Assembly (NCBI GenBank): GCA_029243595.1 | Contig: JAQWRQ010000028.1 | Coordinates: forward strand, 40,321 to 104,320 | Length of the DNA: 64,000 nt | Source of the DNA: Gammaproteobacteria bacterium | GTDB lineage: Bacteria > Pseudomonadota > Gammaproteobacteria > PS1 > Pseudothioglobaceae | Direction of reading: 5' to 3' | Shown here: positions 10,064 to 18,474 of the stretch, piece after piece | Position numbering within the stretch: the first letter of the stretch is position 1 | Layout: each line of letters begins with the position of its first letter | The notes under the pieces: model-generated | Databases searched by the model: none | What the model saw: the letters and a program-made list of their open reading frames with translations, nothing else | What the model was told of the DNA's origin: nothing | Position numbers and translations under genes: made by a program

Positions 10064-11221
10064 CTAATCTGCCTTAGGCACCTCATGGTCATACATGAAT
10101 TGTTTTTGCATGCGTATACCAATATAAGCGCCCAGCATCAGTGCAAACAAATCCACAAACGAGCCTAGTGATAAAGTAGAGGTTCCAGCAACACCTTGGC
10201 CCAAAGTACAGCCCATACCTAAAATACCACCAATACCGACCATCGCACCACCAACAGCATAACGCAAGGCTTCGCCAATAGAATCAAACCATACAATTTT
10301 AAAGCGTCTAGTTAAGATAGAAATTAACACTGAGCCTGCGCCCACACCCAAAAAAGCAACCAAACCAAAGGTCAAGATATACCACTCAGGATTTGAGGCA
10401 ATATAGAGTAAATCACCCATTGGTCGAATAAAGGTATAAGATTGAGTGCCCATACCATACTGAGGGTTGTCGCTAAAATCTGACGCTTCATTGGCCAACT
10501 CACCTATTGGACCACCAGAAATATAAAAAGCGCCGACAATCAATGCGCCAACTACAAAACCACCAATCCAGTTATCGCGTCTAGCAACAAAGTCTTTACT
10601 TTTAAAAACCAAACTCATGATTGATAACGACAGAGTCAATCCAATAACAATGCGCATTGTGGAAGTTTCAACGCCAATTAGACCGCCTAAAATCGTACCT
10701 AAATCTTGCATCTCGAACCCATAATCATCTAAATTAGGCGAAGCTGGCAAGACCCAAGACAAGAAATAATCGTTAAAAAATCCCTCGACATATAGCATTA
10801 AAACGGCTGCACCACCCATACCTAAAATTGCCACAATAGCTTTAAGATTGCCACCGCCTAAATTTAGGATGCTCTTCATGCCACAACCACGACATAAAGT
10901 CATACCAATACCAAAGAATGCGCCGCCAATTAAATAAGCTGGCCAACGAAACTGACTCATACGATAAGGAGGACGTGTACTATCCGCACTAATAATCTCC
11001 AGTGCTTCAAAAATAGTAACACCAAATACAGCAGTAGCAATGGCAAAGAAGTACATCGATAAACGACCTGTATTACCGCTATGAATGAAGTCTGCAATGC
11101 CGCCTAACGGGCAAAAGTCAGTTTTACGTGCGACTGCACCAAAAACAATAGAAACACTGAAAATAACGAAAAATAATGCAACAATTTCTTCGCTTAAATC
11201 ACCCAAAACAGGTAAGTCCAT
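10064..11221 (-). CDS. yeeE: YeeE/YedE-family sulfur-compound (thiosulfate-type) transporter
   Basis: 385 aa polytopic protein built from two homologous halves. Conserved Cys-containing re-entrant motifs are FCPLGG, LCRGCGM and GMGCTLGQG. A GAGGAGG SD is present. Confidence 0.85.
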   Translation of the reverse strand: MDLPVLGDLSEEIVALFFVIFSVSIVFGAVARKTDFCPLGGIADFIHSGNTGRLSMYFFAIATAVFGVTIFEALEIISADSTRPPYRMSQFRWPAYLIGGAFFGIGMTLCRGCGMKSILNLGGGNLKAIVAILGMGGAAVLMLYVEGFFNDYFLSWVLPASPNLDDYGFEMQDLGTILGGLIGVETSTMRIVIGLTLSLSIMSLVFKSKDFVARRDNWIGGFVVGALIVGAFYISGGPIGELANEASDFSDNPQYGMGTQSYTFIRPMGDLLYIASNPEWYILTFGLVAFLGVGAGSVLISILTRRFKIVWFDSIGEALRYAVGGAMVGIGGILGMGCTLGQGVAGTSTLSLGSFVDLFALMLGAYIGIRMQKQFMYDHEVPKAD

Positions 11222-11250
11222 AACCCCTCCTCAAGAATATAATGCGTAGA

Positions 11251-11256
11251 ATTATA
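11251..11256 (-). promoter_or_regulatory. Candidate -10 box (TATAAT) for yeeE
   Basis: A perfect TATAAT on the minus strand lies 30 nt upstream of the yeeE ATG and downstream of the terminator at 11310-11338. No good -35 was found. The AT-rich context makes false positives likely. Confidence 0.35.
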
Positions 11257-11309
11257 TCAAGGTTTAATTAAGTAAAGAAACAAGACTGCAATTGTATTTA
11301 CAGGGGCAT

Positions 11310-11338
11310 TAAAAAAGGATGCTAAAAGCATCCTTTTG
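11310..11338 (-). terminator. Rho-independent terminator after the 111-aa ORF
   Basis: Minus strand reads aaaaGGATGCttttaGCATCCtttttt. It separates the apr-linked genes from yeeE. Confidence 0.8.
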
Positions 11339-11357
11339 AAGATATAAAAACCTAGCC

Positions 11358-11693
11358 TTACTTATCCTTTTTGGGTTTGAGTACATTTGTACTTTTAGAA
11401 AGTGAAAAATCTGCCTGCGCCTTCATAATAGAGTCAACACATTCGTCCAAATCATTGTACTCATCAACACCCGCATCAAAACGCTTGTCACGTAAAAAGT
11501 AAAACAAAGCCCTGTATTTAAAAGCTGCCACTTTAACCACGATAAAAGTGTAATGTTTATGCTCCCAAACAGCGGCTGGCTGCTCTTCTCCATCTATTTC
11601 AATATCACCCAAATGCACGCCATGATCTTTTTCTCTCCAACGATCATCGACATGCTTTTGAATAGTTTCAACTTCTGATTGTGTAAAGTCCAT
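11358..11693 (-). CDS. Hypothetical protein, 111 aa (third gene of the apr-linked trio)
   Basis: ORF starts 5 nt after the SlyD-like stop. It is soluble and charged, with a basic C-terminal tail (KPKKDK). No recognisable motif. Confidence 0.65.
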   Translation of the reverse strand: MDFTQSEVETIQKHVDDRWREKDHGVHLGDIEIDGEEQPAAVWEHKHYTFIVVKVAAFKYRALFYFLRDKRFDAGVDEYNDLDECVDSIMKAQADFSLSKSTNVLKPKKDK

Positions 11694-11698
11694 AATAT

Positions 11699-12214
11699 TT
11701 AATGTATTGATTGCATGTTTTTAAGGCCGGGCATAACGTCATCAACCGGACCACCCAGTCTAGCTTCTTCATGTGTTGGCTCGCGCACTGTAACCACTTC
11801 AAGGACAAAAATCACATCTCGACCACAAAGCGGGTTATTGCCATCTACTGTAACTGAATTTTCATTAATTTGAATCACTGTAAAGTTGATACGCTCACCT
11901 TTTTCATTCTCCATCGGGATCATGGTGCCGACTTTCCTTAAATCTTCACTTAGACCATCTAATGGCATGGTTGTCACTAAAGATTCATCTCTAGGGCCAT
12001 ATATTAGATCTATATCAACTGGCATTTTAACAATATCGCCCTCAACTTGGCCAACTAACTCGGCTGTCACCTCTGGCGATAAAATTTCACTTATACCTTG
12101 GATATAACCCAAAGGAAATTCAACCTCAGACAAAACATCATTGGTCTTTTTATCAAGTATTTTGTATTTGAGTTCGACAAACTTGCCGTCTTCAATAATC
12201 ATCTTATTCATCAT
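11699..12214 (-). CDS. slyD: SlyD-type FKBP peptidyl-prolyl cis-trans isomerase/chaperone, without His-rich tail
   Basis: 171 aa, collinear with E. coli SlyD. For example, VTVDGNNPLCGRDVIFVLEVVTVREPTHEE aligns with VVVDGNHMLAGQNLKFNVEVVAIREATEEE. The insert-in-flap region is present. The C-terminus lacks the metal-binding His-rich tail. Confidence 0.8.
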   Translation of the reverse strand: MMNKMIIEDGKFVELKYKILDKKTNDVLSEVEFPLGYIQGISEILSPEVTAELVGQVEGDIVKMPVDIDLIYGPRDESLVTTMPLDGLSEDLRKVGTMIPMENEKGERINFTVIQINENSVTVDGNNPLCGRDVIFVLEVVTVREPTHEEARLGGPVDDVMPGLKNMQSIH

Positions 12215-12217
12215 CAG

Positions 12218-12568
12218 TTAAAAAATAGTCGCGCCAAAAATTTTAACTTCGTCATCTTCAAAACCAAGCACCAAACGACCCAACCATTCACCTGGTTTCT
12301 TTTTGTGTCTTTGTTTAAACAAAACCGTCACATGTTTACCACGACGAATCGTGCCCATAAATTCAACATCTTCATGTAAATTTTTTGTGAGTTCACTTCT
12401 GGCAAACTGCTTGCCCATTTCGATTTCATTTGCACCACGCAACATTTCTTCAGAAAAATTTCTGGTAAATGCACCATAGTTTGAATTATTAGAATACTTA
12501 ACCAAATCATCCCACATTGGACGTGCGATTTCTAGTAATTCTTTTTCAGTCTTTTCAAGAATGTCCAT
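12218..12568 (-). CDS. Hypothetical protein, 116 aa (first gene of the apr-linked trio)
   Basis: ORF with a GGAGAA SD. Its stop lies 3 nt before the SlyD-like start. No Cys residues and no recognisable motif. Confidence 0.65.
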   Translation of the reverse strand: MDILEKTEKELLEIARPMWDDLVKYSNNSNYGAFTRNFSEEMLRGANEIEMGKQFARSELTKNLHEDVEFMGTIRRGKHVTVLFKQRHKKKPGEWLGRLVLGFEDDEVKIFGATIF

Positions 12569-12592
12569 CTATTATTCTCCATTAAAAGAAGT

Positions 12593-12626
12593 AAAAAAAC
12601 CAACATAAACTTATGTTGGTTTTTTA
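12593..12626 (-). terminator. Terminator/attenuator hairpin immediately after aprA
   Basis: aaaaaaACCAACATaaacttATGTTGGTtttttt. On the minus strand the stem is followed by 7 T. Only 24 nt separate it from the next ATG at 12568. Confidence 0.75.
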
Positions 12627-12674
12627 AAATTATCTAATAAAGACCTATTGCTAAGCCTTTATTAAGCGAGCCTA

Positions 12675-14576
12675 TTACTTCTCGTCTACCAAGTGATACA
12701 ATGGTTGTTTCTCCATCTTGTATTCACCTGTAGTACGATCACGTTGAGAAGTTGTTAGTACATGCCAATTGTCATCATCTAACTTCATCTTGTCACCACG
12801 GTAGTAGTAACCAGGCCAGCGAGTTTCCTCACGGAATAAAGTATGCTGAACAACACACTCAGAAGTACGGTGACGGTGCTTAAGCTCCCATGCACGTAAC
12901 AACTGGTGAATATCTTCTGCACCAACTTTCTCTAAGTCTTCTTCTAGGATTGCTAATTTAGCTAGACCCATATTTAGAAGCTTATCGTTAGTCATGTATT
13001 GAACTGTTACACCACCTGCATACTCGTCCATCAACTTCTGTAAACGTTGTAAACCAGGGAAAGGCAAGATGTAACTTGGCGATACAGTACCACCAACAAT
13101 TTCATTACTACCGACTTGGTAAGTTTCTAAAGGCTTGTAGATCTCTTCTTTACGATCATCAATTTGTTTCTGTGAAACATTGATACCATTTGCCTTACCA
13201 TCATCAATATATTTACAAGCAGCTTTTGCAGATAAACGACCTTCAGTGAATGAACCTGATGAGAATGCGTGCGGTGTACCACCAACAGCATCACCTGCAC
13301 CAAATAAACCATCAACTGTCATCATACGGTTATAGCCCCAGAAGTACTCAGGAATGTCACCTGAAATATCTTTAGGACCTGAACACCATGCGCCACAACC
13401 AGTTGCGTGCGAACCCATTACATACGGCTCAGACGTTGTCAACTCAGGGTTGATGTACTTAGGATCAATGTCTGTTGCAGCCCATAATACCGCTTGACCA
13501 ACAGTCATACCTAGGAAGTTTTCCCACCCTACTTCTTCTAAATGCGGGTCTTGGAATGCTTCAACTGTAACCATGTGAATTGGACCACGACCAGCAGCTA
13601 CTTCAGAAATGAATGCGTGGTTACGCAAACAAGTCGGAATAGGCTTGTGAGAGAAATGCTGGTTTTCTGTATCAAGATACGCTTTACCAACCATCTTCGT
13701 TAATGCCGGGAACCATTTAGATTCATACTCATCGCCATAAGCGTTTTGAGTGTATGTGTGAAGGTGTAAGAAGTATGCGCCAACTGGACCATAACCGTCT
13801 TTGAATCGTGCAAGAACGATACGGTTTTCCATTTGCGTCATCTTAGCACCAGCTTCAATCATCAATGCATAAGCAGAACCTGAAGACCAAGGTGCGTACC
13901 ATACACGACCTGCGCCTTCACCTACTGAACGTGGCTTAAAGATGTTAGATGCACCACCTGCACCACAGATTACTGTCTTAGATTTAAATACGTGGTAGTT
14001 ACCTGTACGTACGTTAAAACCAACAGCACCCGCAATACGGTTATCTTGTGCATCGTCCATTAATAAGTGTGTAACCATAATACGGTTAAACGTCTTATCA
14101 GCATTAACTTTAGCAGCTTCTGCAACGATAGGCTTGTAAGATTCACCATGAATCATAATCTGCCAGCGACCTTCACGCATGTATGCGCCTTTACCGATAT
14201 CACCTTCAGGTAAATCAGCTCTCTTAGGATCCTTCATTAATGGAAGACCCCATTCTTCAAATTTATGTACTGCAGAGTCAACGTGACGAGCCATATCAAA
14301 GGCTAAATCTTCACGAACCATACCCATTAAATCCATACGTGCATAACGTACGTGATCTTCAGGATTGTTCTCGCCCCAACGAGTACCCATGTAACAGTTA
14401 ATCGCGTATAGACCTTGAGCAACTGCGCCAGAACGATCGATGTTTGCTTTTTCAGCAATTACGACTTTCTTATCACGACCCCAATGTCTAGCTTCATAAG
14501 CAGCACCTGTACCACCTAAACCTGCACCAACAACTAAAATATCAATGTTGTCTTCTGTAATTGTCTTGTAACCCAT
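12675..14576 (-). CDS. aprA: Adenylylsulfate (APS) reductase, alpha subunit (FAD)
   Basis: 633 aa. N-terminal FAD-binding fold VVGAGLGGTGAA. The length and sequence pattern fit a fumarate-reductase-family flavoprotein of the AprA type. Start overlaps the aprB stop (TAATG). Confidence 0.95.
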   Translation of the reverse strand: MGYKTITEDNIDILVVGAGLGGTGAAYEARHWGRDKKVVIAEKANIDRSGAVAQGLYAINCYMGTRWGENNPEDHVRYARMDLMGMVREDLAFDMARHVDSAVHKFEEWGLPLMKDPKRADLPEGDIGKGAYMREGRWQIMIHGESYKPIVAEAAKVNADKTFNRIMVTHLLMDDAQDNRIAGAVGFNVRTGNYHVFKSKTVICGAGGASNIFKPRSVGEGAGRVWYAPWSSGSAYALMIEAGAKMTQMENRIVLARFKDGYGPVGAYFLHLHTYTQNAYGDEYESKWFPALTKMVGKAYLDTENQHFSHKPIPTCLRNHAFISEVAAGRGPIHMVTVEAFQDPHLEEVGWENFLGMTVGQAVLWAATDIDPKYINPELTTSEPYVMGSHATGCGAWCSGPKDISGDIPEYFWGYNRMMTVDGLFGAGDAVGGTPHAFSSGSFTEGRLSAKAACKYIDDGKANGINVSQKQIDDRKEEIYKPLETYQVGSNEIVGGTVSPSYILPFPGLQRLQKLMDEYAGGVTVQYMTNDKLLNMGLAKLAILEEDLEKVGAEDIHQLLRAWELKHRHRTSECVVQHTLFREETRWPGYYYRGDKMKLDDDNWHVLTTSQRDRTTGEYKMEKQPLYHLVDEK

Positions 14577-15055
14577 TAGTAGTACACTCCTTCTTTAAGT
14601 TTCAAACCGTTAGATTCTAACGTGTGTAAGCCACCGTCATCTAAACGAATTGATTCTGGCTCAAATGCCAATAATTCACTGTCACGTTCTGCTTGAGTTG
14701 GCTCTGCTTCGTTTCTGAAGTCAGGAATTGCCGAGCCCCATGGCTTAGTAGTGATTGGTGACAAGAAGTTCTTAACACGGCCGTCACGGAATTTAACTCT
14801 CCATGCAATCGTGCCTTTTCTTTCATCACGTAGTACACGAACACTGTGGCCTAATGGCGCAAAGTCTGCGTAACCACGTACGTCAATCGCTTGGTGTGGA
14901 CATGCTTTAACACATGAGTAACACTCCCAACACATGTTAGGTTCAATATTTAGGGCACGACGATATTTCTTATCGATGTGCATAATGTCAGATGGGCAGA
15001 TATCTACACAATGTCCACAACCATCACAACGGGTCATATATACAAAAGTTGGCAT
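14576..15055 (-). CDS. aprB: Adenylylsulfate reductase, beta subunit (2x[4Fe-4S])
   Basis: 159 aa. Two ferredoxin-type clusters, CDGCGHCVDICP and CWECYSCVKACP, plus the AprB-specific C-terminal tail. Confidence 0.95.
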   Translation of the reverse strand: MPTFVYMTRCDGCGHCVDICPSDIMHIDKKYRRALNIEPNMCWECYSCVKACPHQAIDVRGYADFAPLGHSVRVLRDERKGTIAWRVKFRDGRVKNFLSPITTKPWGSAIPDFRNEAEPTQAERDSELLAFEPESIRLDDGGLHTLESNGLKLKEGVYY

Positions 15056-15093
15056 ATTATTTCCTCTCTCTTAAGTTAATTAGTTAAATAAAT

Positions 15094-15960
15094 TTAGTAG
15101 TTTTCTGGCTTGCTACGCTTGATACCAAGACCCATATCCATTGGCGCATCTTTAAGAAGCTCCATTGAGTGTCTGTTCTGCTGCCATTCATCGTCTCTTG
15201 TCTCATGAGGCAAGTTCTCGTTTGTACCATTAGCTTCAATGATGCGCTTGTTGTAAGCTGCCATCGGCTTGAAGAACATGTGTGAGAATTTAGACCAGTA
15301 AACACTACCAAACAATGCAGTAGTTGAAATGATTAAGAAAGTAAACCATGCGCCAGTACCGCCACCGTAGATTTCCCAACCTAATGCAGCTAATGACGTA
15401 CCCATTAAACCTAATGAGAAGATGTCTTTTCTAAGATCAATTTGGAAGTATGATTGACCTTCAGATTGACAGTCAACTTTAAATGCAAACCAGTAACCCC
15501 AGCTACCAACTAGCAACATAATGGCACCAATGTTCCATGCTGTTGCAAGTGTTGTAGTTTCAGCTTGGCCGTAAATGATTATTGCTGTTGCAGCAACGAA
15601 TAAAACAAAACCCCACATCGTAAAGATATGTACCAATCTACGTGGTCCGTTAGAGAACTCACCAGCTGTTGCAACGTCGATTGCTACAGTACCAACCAAT
15701 GCATTCACTTTATCGCCAGCGCTAAGCTGCTTTAATCTACCTGTTTCGTTTCCGATAGAAGACTCTGCTTCGCCTGCTGCTAATAATGCTTCCGCTTTAT
15801 CAGCTGCTTCAAAAAAGTACGTTGCACTTTTCTTATGTAGTAAATCAGCAATTGTCATAACAATAACTGATGCAATCATGACAGTAACGTACATTTGCAT
15901 GTCTGCCCACGCGATACCATTTTCGACTAAAGCCGCAATTGGTGTTGTAGTGATATCCAT
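15094..15960 (-). CDS. aprM: Putative APS reductase membrane anchor AprM
   Basis: 288 aa with about 5 hydrophobic helices and a hydrophilic C-terminus. It sits between sat and aprB, matching the sat-aprMBA arrangement known from sulfur-oxidising Gammaproteobacteria. The call rests mainly on position and topology. Confidence 0.7.
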   Translation of the reverse strand: MDITTTPIAALVENGIAWADMQMYVTVMIASVIVMTIADLLHKKSATYFFEAADKAEALLAAGEAESSIGNETGRLKQLSAGDKVNALVGTVAIDVATAGEFSNGPRRLVHIFTMWGFVLFVAATAIIIYGQAETTTLATAWNIGAIMLLVGSWGYWFAFKVDCQSEGQSYFQIDLRKDIFSLGLMGTSLAALGWEIYGGGTGAWFTFLIISTTALFGSVYWSKFSHMFFKPMAAYNKRIIEANGTNENLPHETRDDEWQQNRHSMELLKDAPMDMGLGIKRSKPENY

Positions 15961-16075
15961 TTTTCCTCCTTAGGGTTTTATTAATCACAAACTAAAACTA
16001 TTAACAACCTTGCTAATAATTCGATGTTTCTTTTATTAGATTTTAGACACAGTTGAACGCGCCAAAAATCCAATT

Positions 16076-16104
16076 ATTATACTTATAAAACTTTTTCTTT
16101 ACAA
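16076..16104 (-). promoter_or_regulatory. Candidate sigma70 promoter upstream of aprM (TTGTAA-17-TATAAT)
   Basis: On the minus strand, -35 TTGTAA lies at 16104-16099, followed by a 17-nt spacer and -10 TATAAT at 16081-16076. This is in the 163-bp sat-aprM spacer and would give a ~115-nt leader. Confidence 0.45.
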
Positions 16105-16123
16105 TAAAAAAACTAAATAAGTG

Positions 16124-17332
16124 TTATTTAGCCGAGTGTCCACTCAGTTTAATCTCAACTTTATCTTCTTCCTTAATGCCAGCGTAATAAGCTTGCAATA
16201 CTTTAGCCACTTCAGGACGCGAGAATTCTTCAGGAAGGTCTTCACCGTCTGACAACATCTTACGAACCTTTGTACCTGATAATAGAACACGATCTTTAGC
16301 TTCATGTGGGCAAGTCTTCATTGAAGACATACCACCACATTCATCACACCAGAATGTCCAGTCAATTTTAAGTGGCTGTGTTACTAGTGCATCGTCAGCA
16401 ATTTCATCAAAGATGTTATGTGCATCAAATGGACCGTAGTAATCATCAACACCCGCGTGGTCACGACCAACGATTAGGTGTGAACAACCGTAGTTTTGTC
16501 TGAATAATGCGTGCAATAATGCCTCACGTGGACCTGCATAACGCATGTCTAATGGGTAACCAGACTGTAATACTGTGTTATCTACAAAGTAATTTTCAAT
16601 CAATGTTGAAATCGCTTCTGAGCGAACGTCAGCTGGAATATCGCCAGCCTTAAGGCCACCTAATACTGAGTGGATCATTACGCCATCACAAATCTCTACT
16701 GCAATTTTTGCTAAGTATTCATGTGAACGATGCATTGGGTTACGTGTTTGGAATGCTGCAATTGTCTTCCAACCTTTATCATCAAAGTAAGCACGTGTCT
16801 CAGCAGGCGTCATGTACAACTCACCGAACTTAGCTGGGAAGCCACCATCAGATAATACTTTAATAGGGCCAGCAAGATTGAACTCGCCTTGTGCCATTAC
16901 CATAACAACACCTGGATGAGCGTCTTCAGTTGTTTTGAAAACTGACTCACACTCGTGTGCCTTGTCAATGCTGTACTTCTCAGTCACTGTCATTGTTGCA
17001 AGAATATCGCCAGACTTACCACTAACAATAGCAACTTCATCACCTGCTTTTACGTCTGCATCGTCAGTTGATAAAGTAACAGGAATTGGCCAAAATAAGC
17101 CATTAGCCATCGTCATATTGTCACAAACACCTTTCCAATCTGCTTCACCCATGAAACCATCTAGTGGGTTAAAACCACCGATACCCAACATAACAATGTC
17201 GCCTTCTTCTCTAGAAGAACAAGTGATTTTTGGAAGTGACTCAGCTCTTGCTAGCTCTGCAGTCAATGCATCGCCTGATAGGGCTAATTCGTTAATTGTA
17301 TCACTACCATGTGGTGGGACTAATTTTGACAT
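16124..17332 (-). CDS. sat: Sulfate adenylyltransferase (ATP sulfurylase), dissimilatory type
   Basis: 402 aa. Carries the signature motifs [11 protein letters not shown] and VGRDHAGV. Confidence 0.95.
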   Translation of the reverse strand: MSKLVPPHGSDTINELALSGDALTAELARAESLPKITCSSREEGDIVMLGIGGFNPLDGFMGEADWKGVCDNMTMANGLFWPIPVTLSTDDADVKAGDEVAIVSGKSGDILATMTVTEKYSIDKAHECESVFKTTEDAHPGVVMVMAQGEFNLAGPIKVLSDGGFPAKFGELYMTPAETRAYFDDKGWKTIAAFQTRNPMHRSHEYLAKIAVEICDGVMIHSVLGGLKAGDIPADVRSEAISTLIENYFVDNTVLQSGYPLDMRYAGPREALLHALFRQNYGCSHLIVGRDHAGVDDYYGPFDAHNIFDEIADDALVTQPLKIDWTFWCDECGGMSSMKTCPHEAKDRVLLSGTKVRKMLSDGEDLPEEFSRPEVAKVLQAYYAGIKEEDKVEIKLSGHSAK

Positions 17333-17361
17333 GTCTATCCTATATTAATTTAAAAGACGAA

Positions 17362-17367
17362 ATTATA
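17362..17367 (-). promoter_or_regulatory. Candidate -10 box (TATAAT) for sat
   Basis: A perfect minus-strand TATAAT lies 30 nt upstream of the sat ATG. An AGGA SD follows. No convincing -35 was found. Confidence 0.35.
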
Positions 17368-17413
17368 CCGGCAGGCGTTTTTTAACACATTATTTTATGG
17401 TGATATTTTAATA

Positions 17414-17444
17414 TACCCCCTAAGGGGTACTCTGAAAAACAGAG
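17414..17444. other. Two abutting hairpins between the CBS-protein gene and sat
   Basis: TACCCC-ctaa-GGGGTA (17414-17429) is directly followed by CTCTG-aaaaa-CAGAG (17430-17444). Neither has a classical trailing T-run on the minus strand. Confidence 0.3.
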
Positions 17445-17479
17445 TAAAAAGGTCAGGAATTAAAGATAAGGAAGAGAAT

Positions 17480-17923
17480 TTATGACGTCATACACGATTT
17501 AAAAATTGAGCGATGCACATCACCAATACTAACGATACCAACGAGTTTTCCATTGTGAGTGACTGGGATTCTTCTAAACTTTCTAAGCCACATGGTGCTT
17601 GCTGCTTTTAAGCAAGGCATGTCCAAATCAATACTAGCAACGCCTTTGGTCATAATATCGCCAATCTTAACGCTCATGGTATCTTTGTAATTGTGCTCCA
17701 TGTTTTCAAAATCAAGATGAGCATCGCTCATAACCTCGTCTAACTTAGGAAACATATGTTGCAAGATGTCTTTTTCTGAGATGATGCCAACCAAGTTGTT
17801 GTCACCATCAACTACCGGCGCACCACTAATATGATCCATTATCATCATGATGGCAATATCTTTAACTGGTTGATCTGGGGTAACGGTTTTAACGTTGGTT
17901 GACATGATGTCTTGTACTTTCAT
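17480..17923 (-). CDS. Stand-alone CBS-pair domain protein
   Basis: 147 aa. Two CBS repeats are present (MSTNVKTVTPDQPV...GAPVVD and IMTKGVASIDLD...RRIPVT...GIVSIGDV). Confidence 0.8.
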   Translation of the reverse strand: MKVQDIMSTNVKTVTPDQPVKDIAIMMIMDHISGAPVVDGDNNLVGIISEKDILQHMFPKLDEVMSDAHLDFENMEHNYKDTMSVKIGDIMTKGVASIDLDMPCLKAASTMWLRKFRRIPVTHNGKLVGIVSIGDVHRSIFKSCMTS

Positions 17924-17988
17924 GGCGTTTCTCCGTATAAATTGATAAATAAGTAAATTTGTTATTCTACCGCGTTCGCCCTAGAAAG

Positions 17989-18474
17989 TTATAACTTAAT
18001 TTTAAACTTGACTCGATCAACCCCGTCTTTTGATTTTTGCGCGATTACTTTGTCATTTTTAATATCGTAGTCTAGCGTACCACCACTAAATGAATCAAAC
18101 CCTTGAACTAAGTGCGCCTTACCCTGTAAATGCACAAATTCCTTTTTGAGTAAATAGGTAATATTAAGCGCTGTTGCTTCAATAAAACGCGGTTGATTGG
18201 GTTGGTTCTGTTTGTAATGTGCGCGCTTGTCTTTTGTGCCTTTGGCAATCACTTTGGTCACTTCTTTTTGTGAGCTAAAGAGTTGTATTTTTTCAGCGCT
18301 GAGTGTTAATGACCCTTGCACAACTCTGGCATCGCCCGTATAAGTACTTAAACCCTTAAGCTCATCAATGACTACCGTATAGGCTTTAATATTGATCGGT
18401 TCTTTAGCGTCACCTGGCAGAGCATAAAGCGAAAAAGAAAATAAAGACAAAAAAACAAAAATCAGCTTATTCAT
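17989..18474 (-). CDS. lptA: LPS transport periplasmic protein LptA
   Basis: OstA-like protein. I prefer ATG 18474 (MNKLIFVFLSLFSFSLYA, a clear signal peptide) over the ORF-track start at 18492. It overlaps the lptC stop by 8 nt (ATGAATAA). Confidence 0.8.
   Translation of the reverse strand: MNKLIFVFLSLFSFSLYALPGDAKEPINIKAYTVVIDELKGLSTYTGDARVVQGSLTLSAEKIQLFSSQKEVTKVIAKGTKDKRAHYKQNQPNQPRFIEATALNITYLLKKEFVHLQGKAHLVQGFDSFSGGTLDYDIKNDKVIAQKSKDGVDRVKFKIKL

Noticed and set aside
11886-12379. Plus-strand ORFs (73 aa and 93 aa) overlapping the SlyD-like and 116-aa genes, considered as hidden genes in the apr-linked trio region.
   Set aside because: They are antisense to ORFs that have proper SD sequences and tight coupling. 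Their translations are low-complexity, and no SD or promoter is evident.
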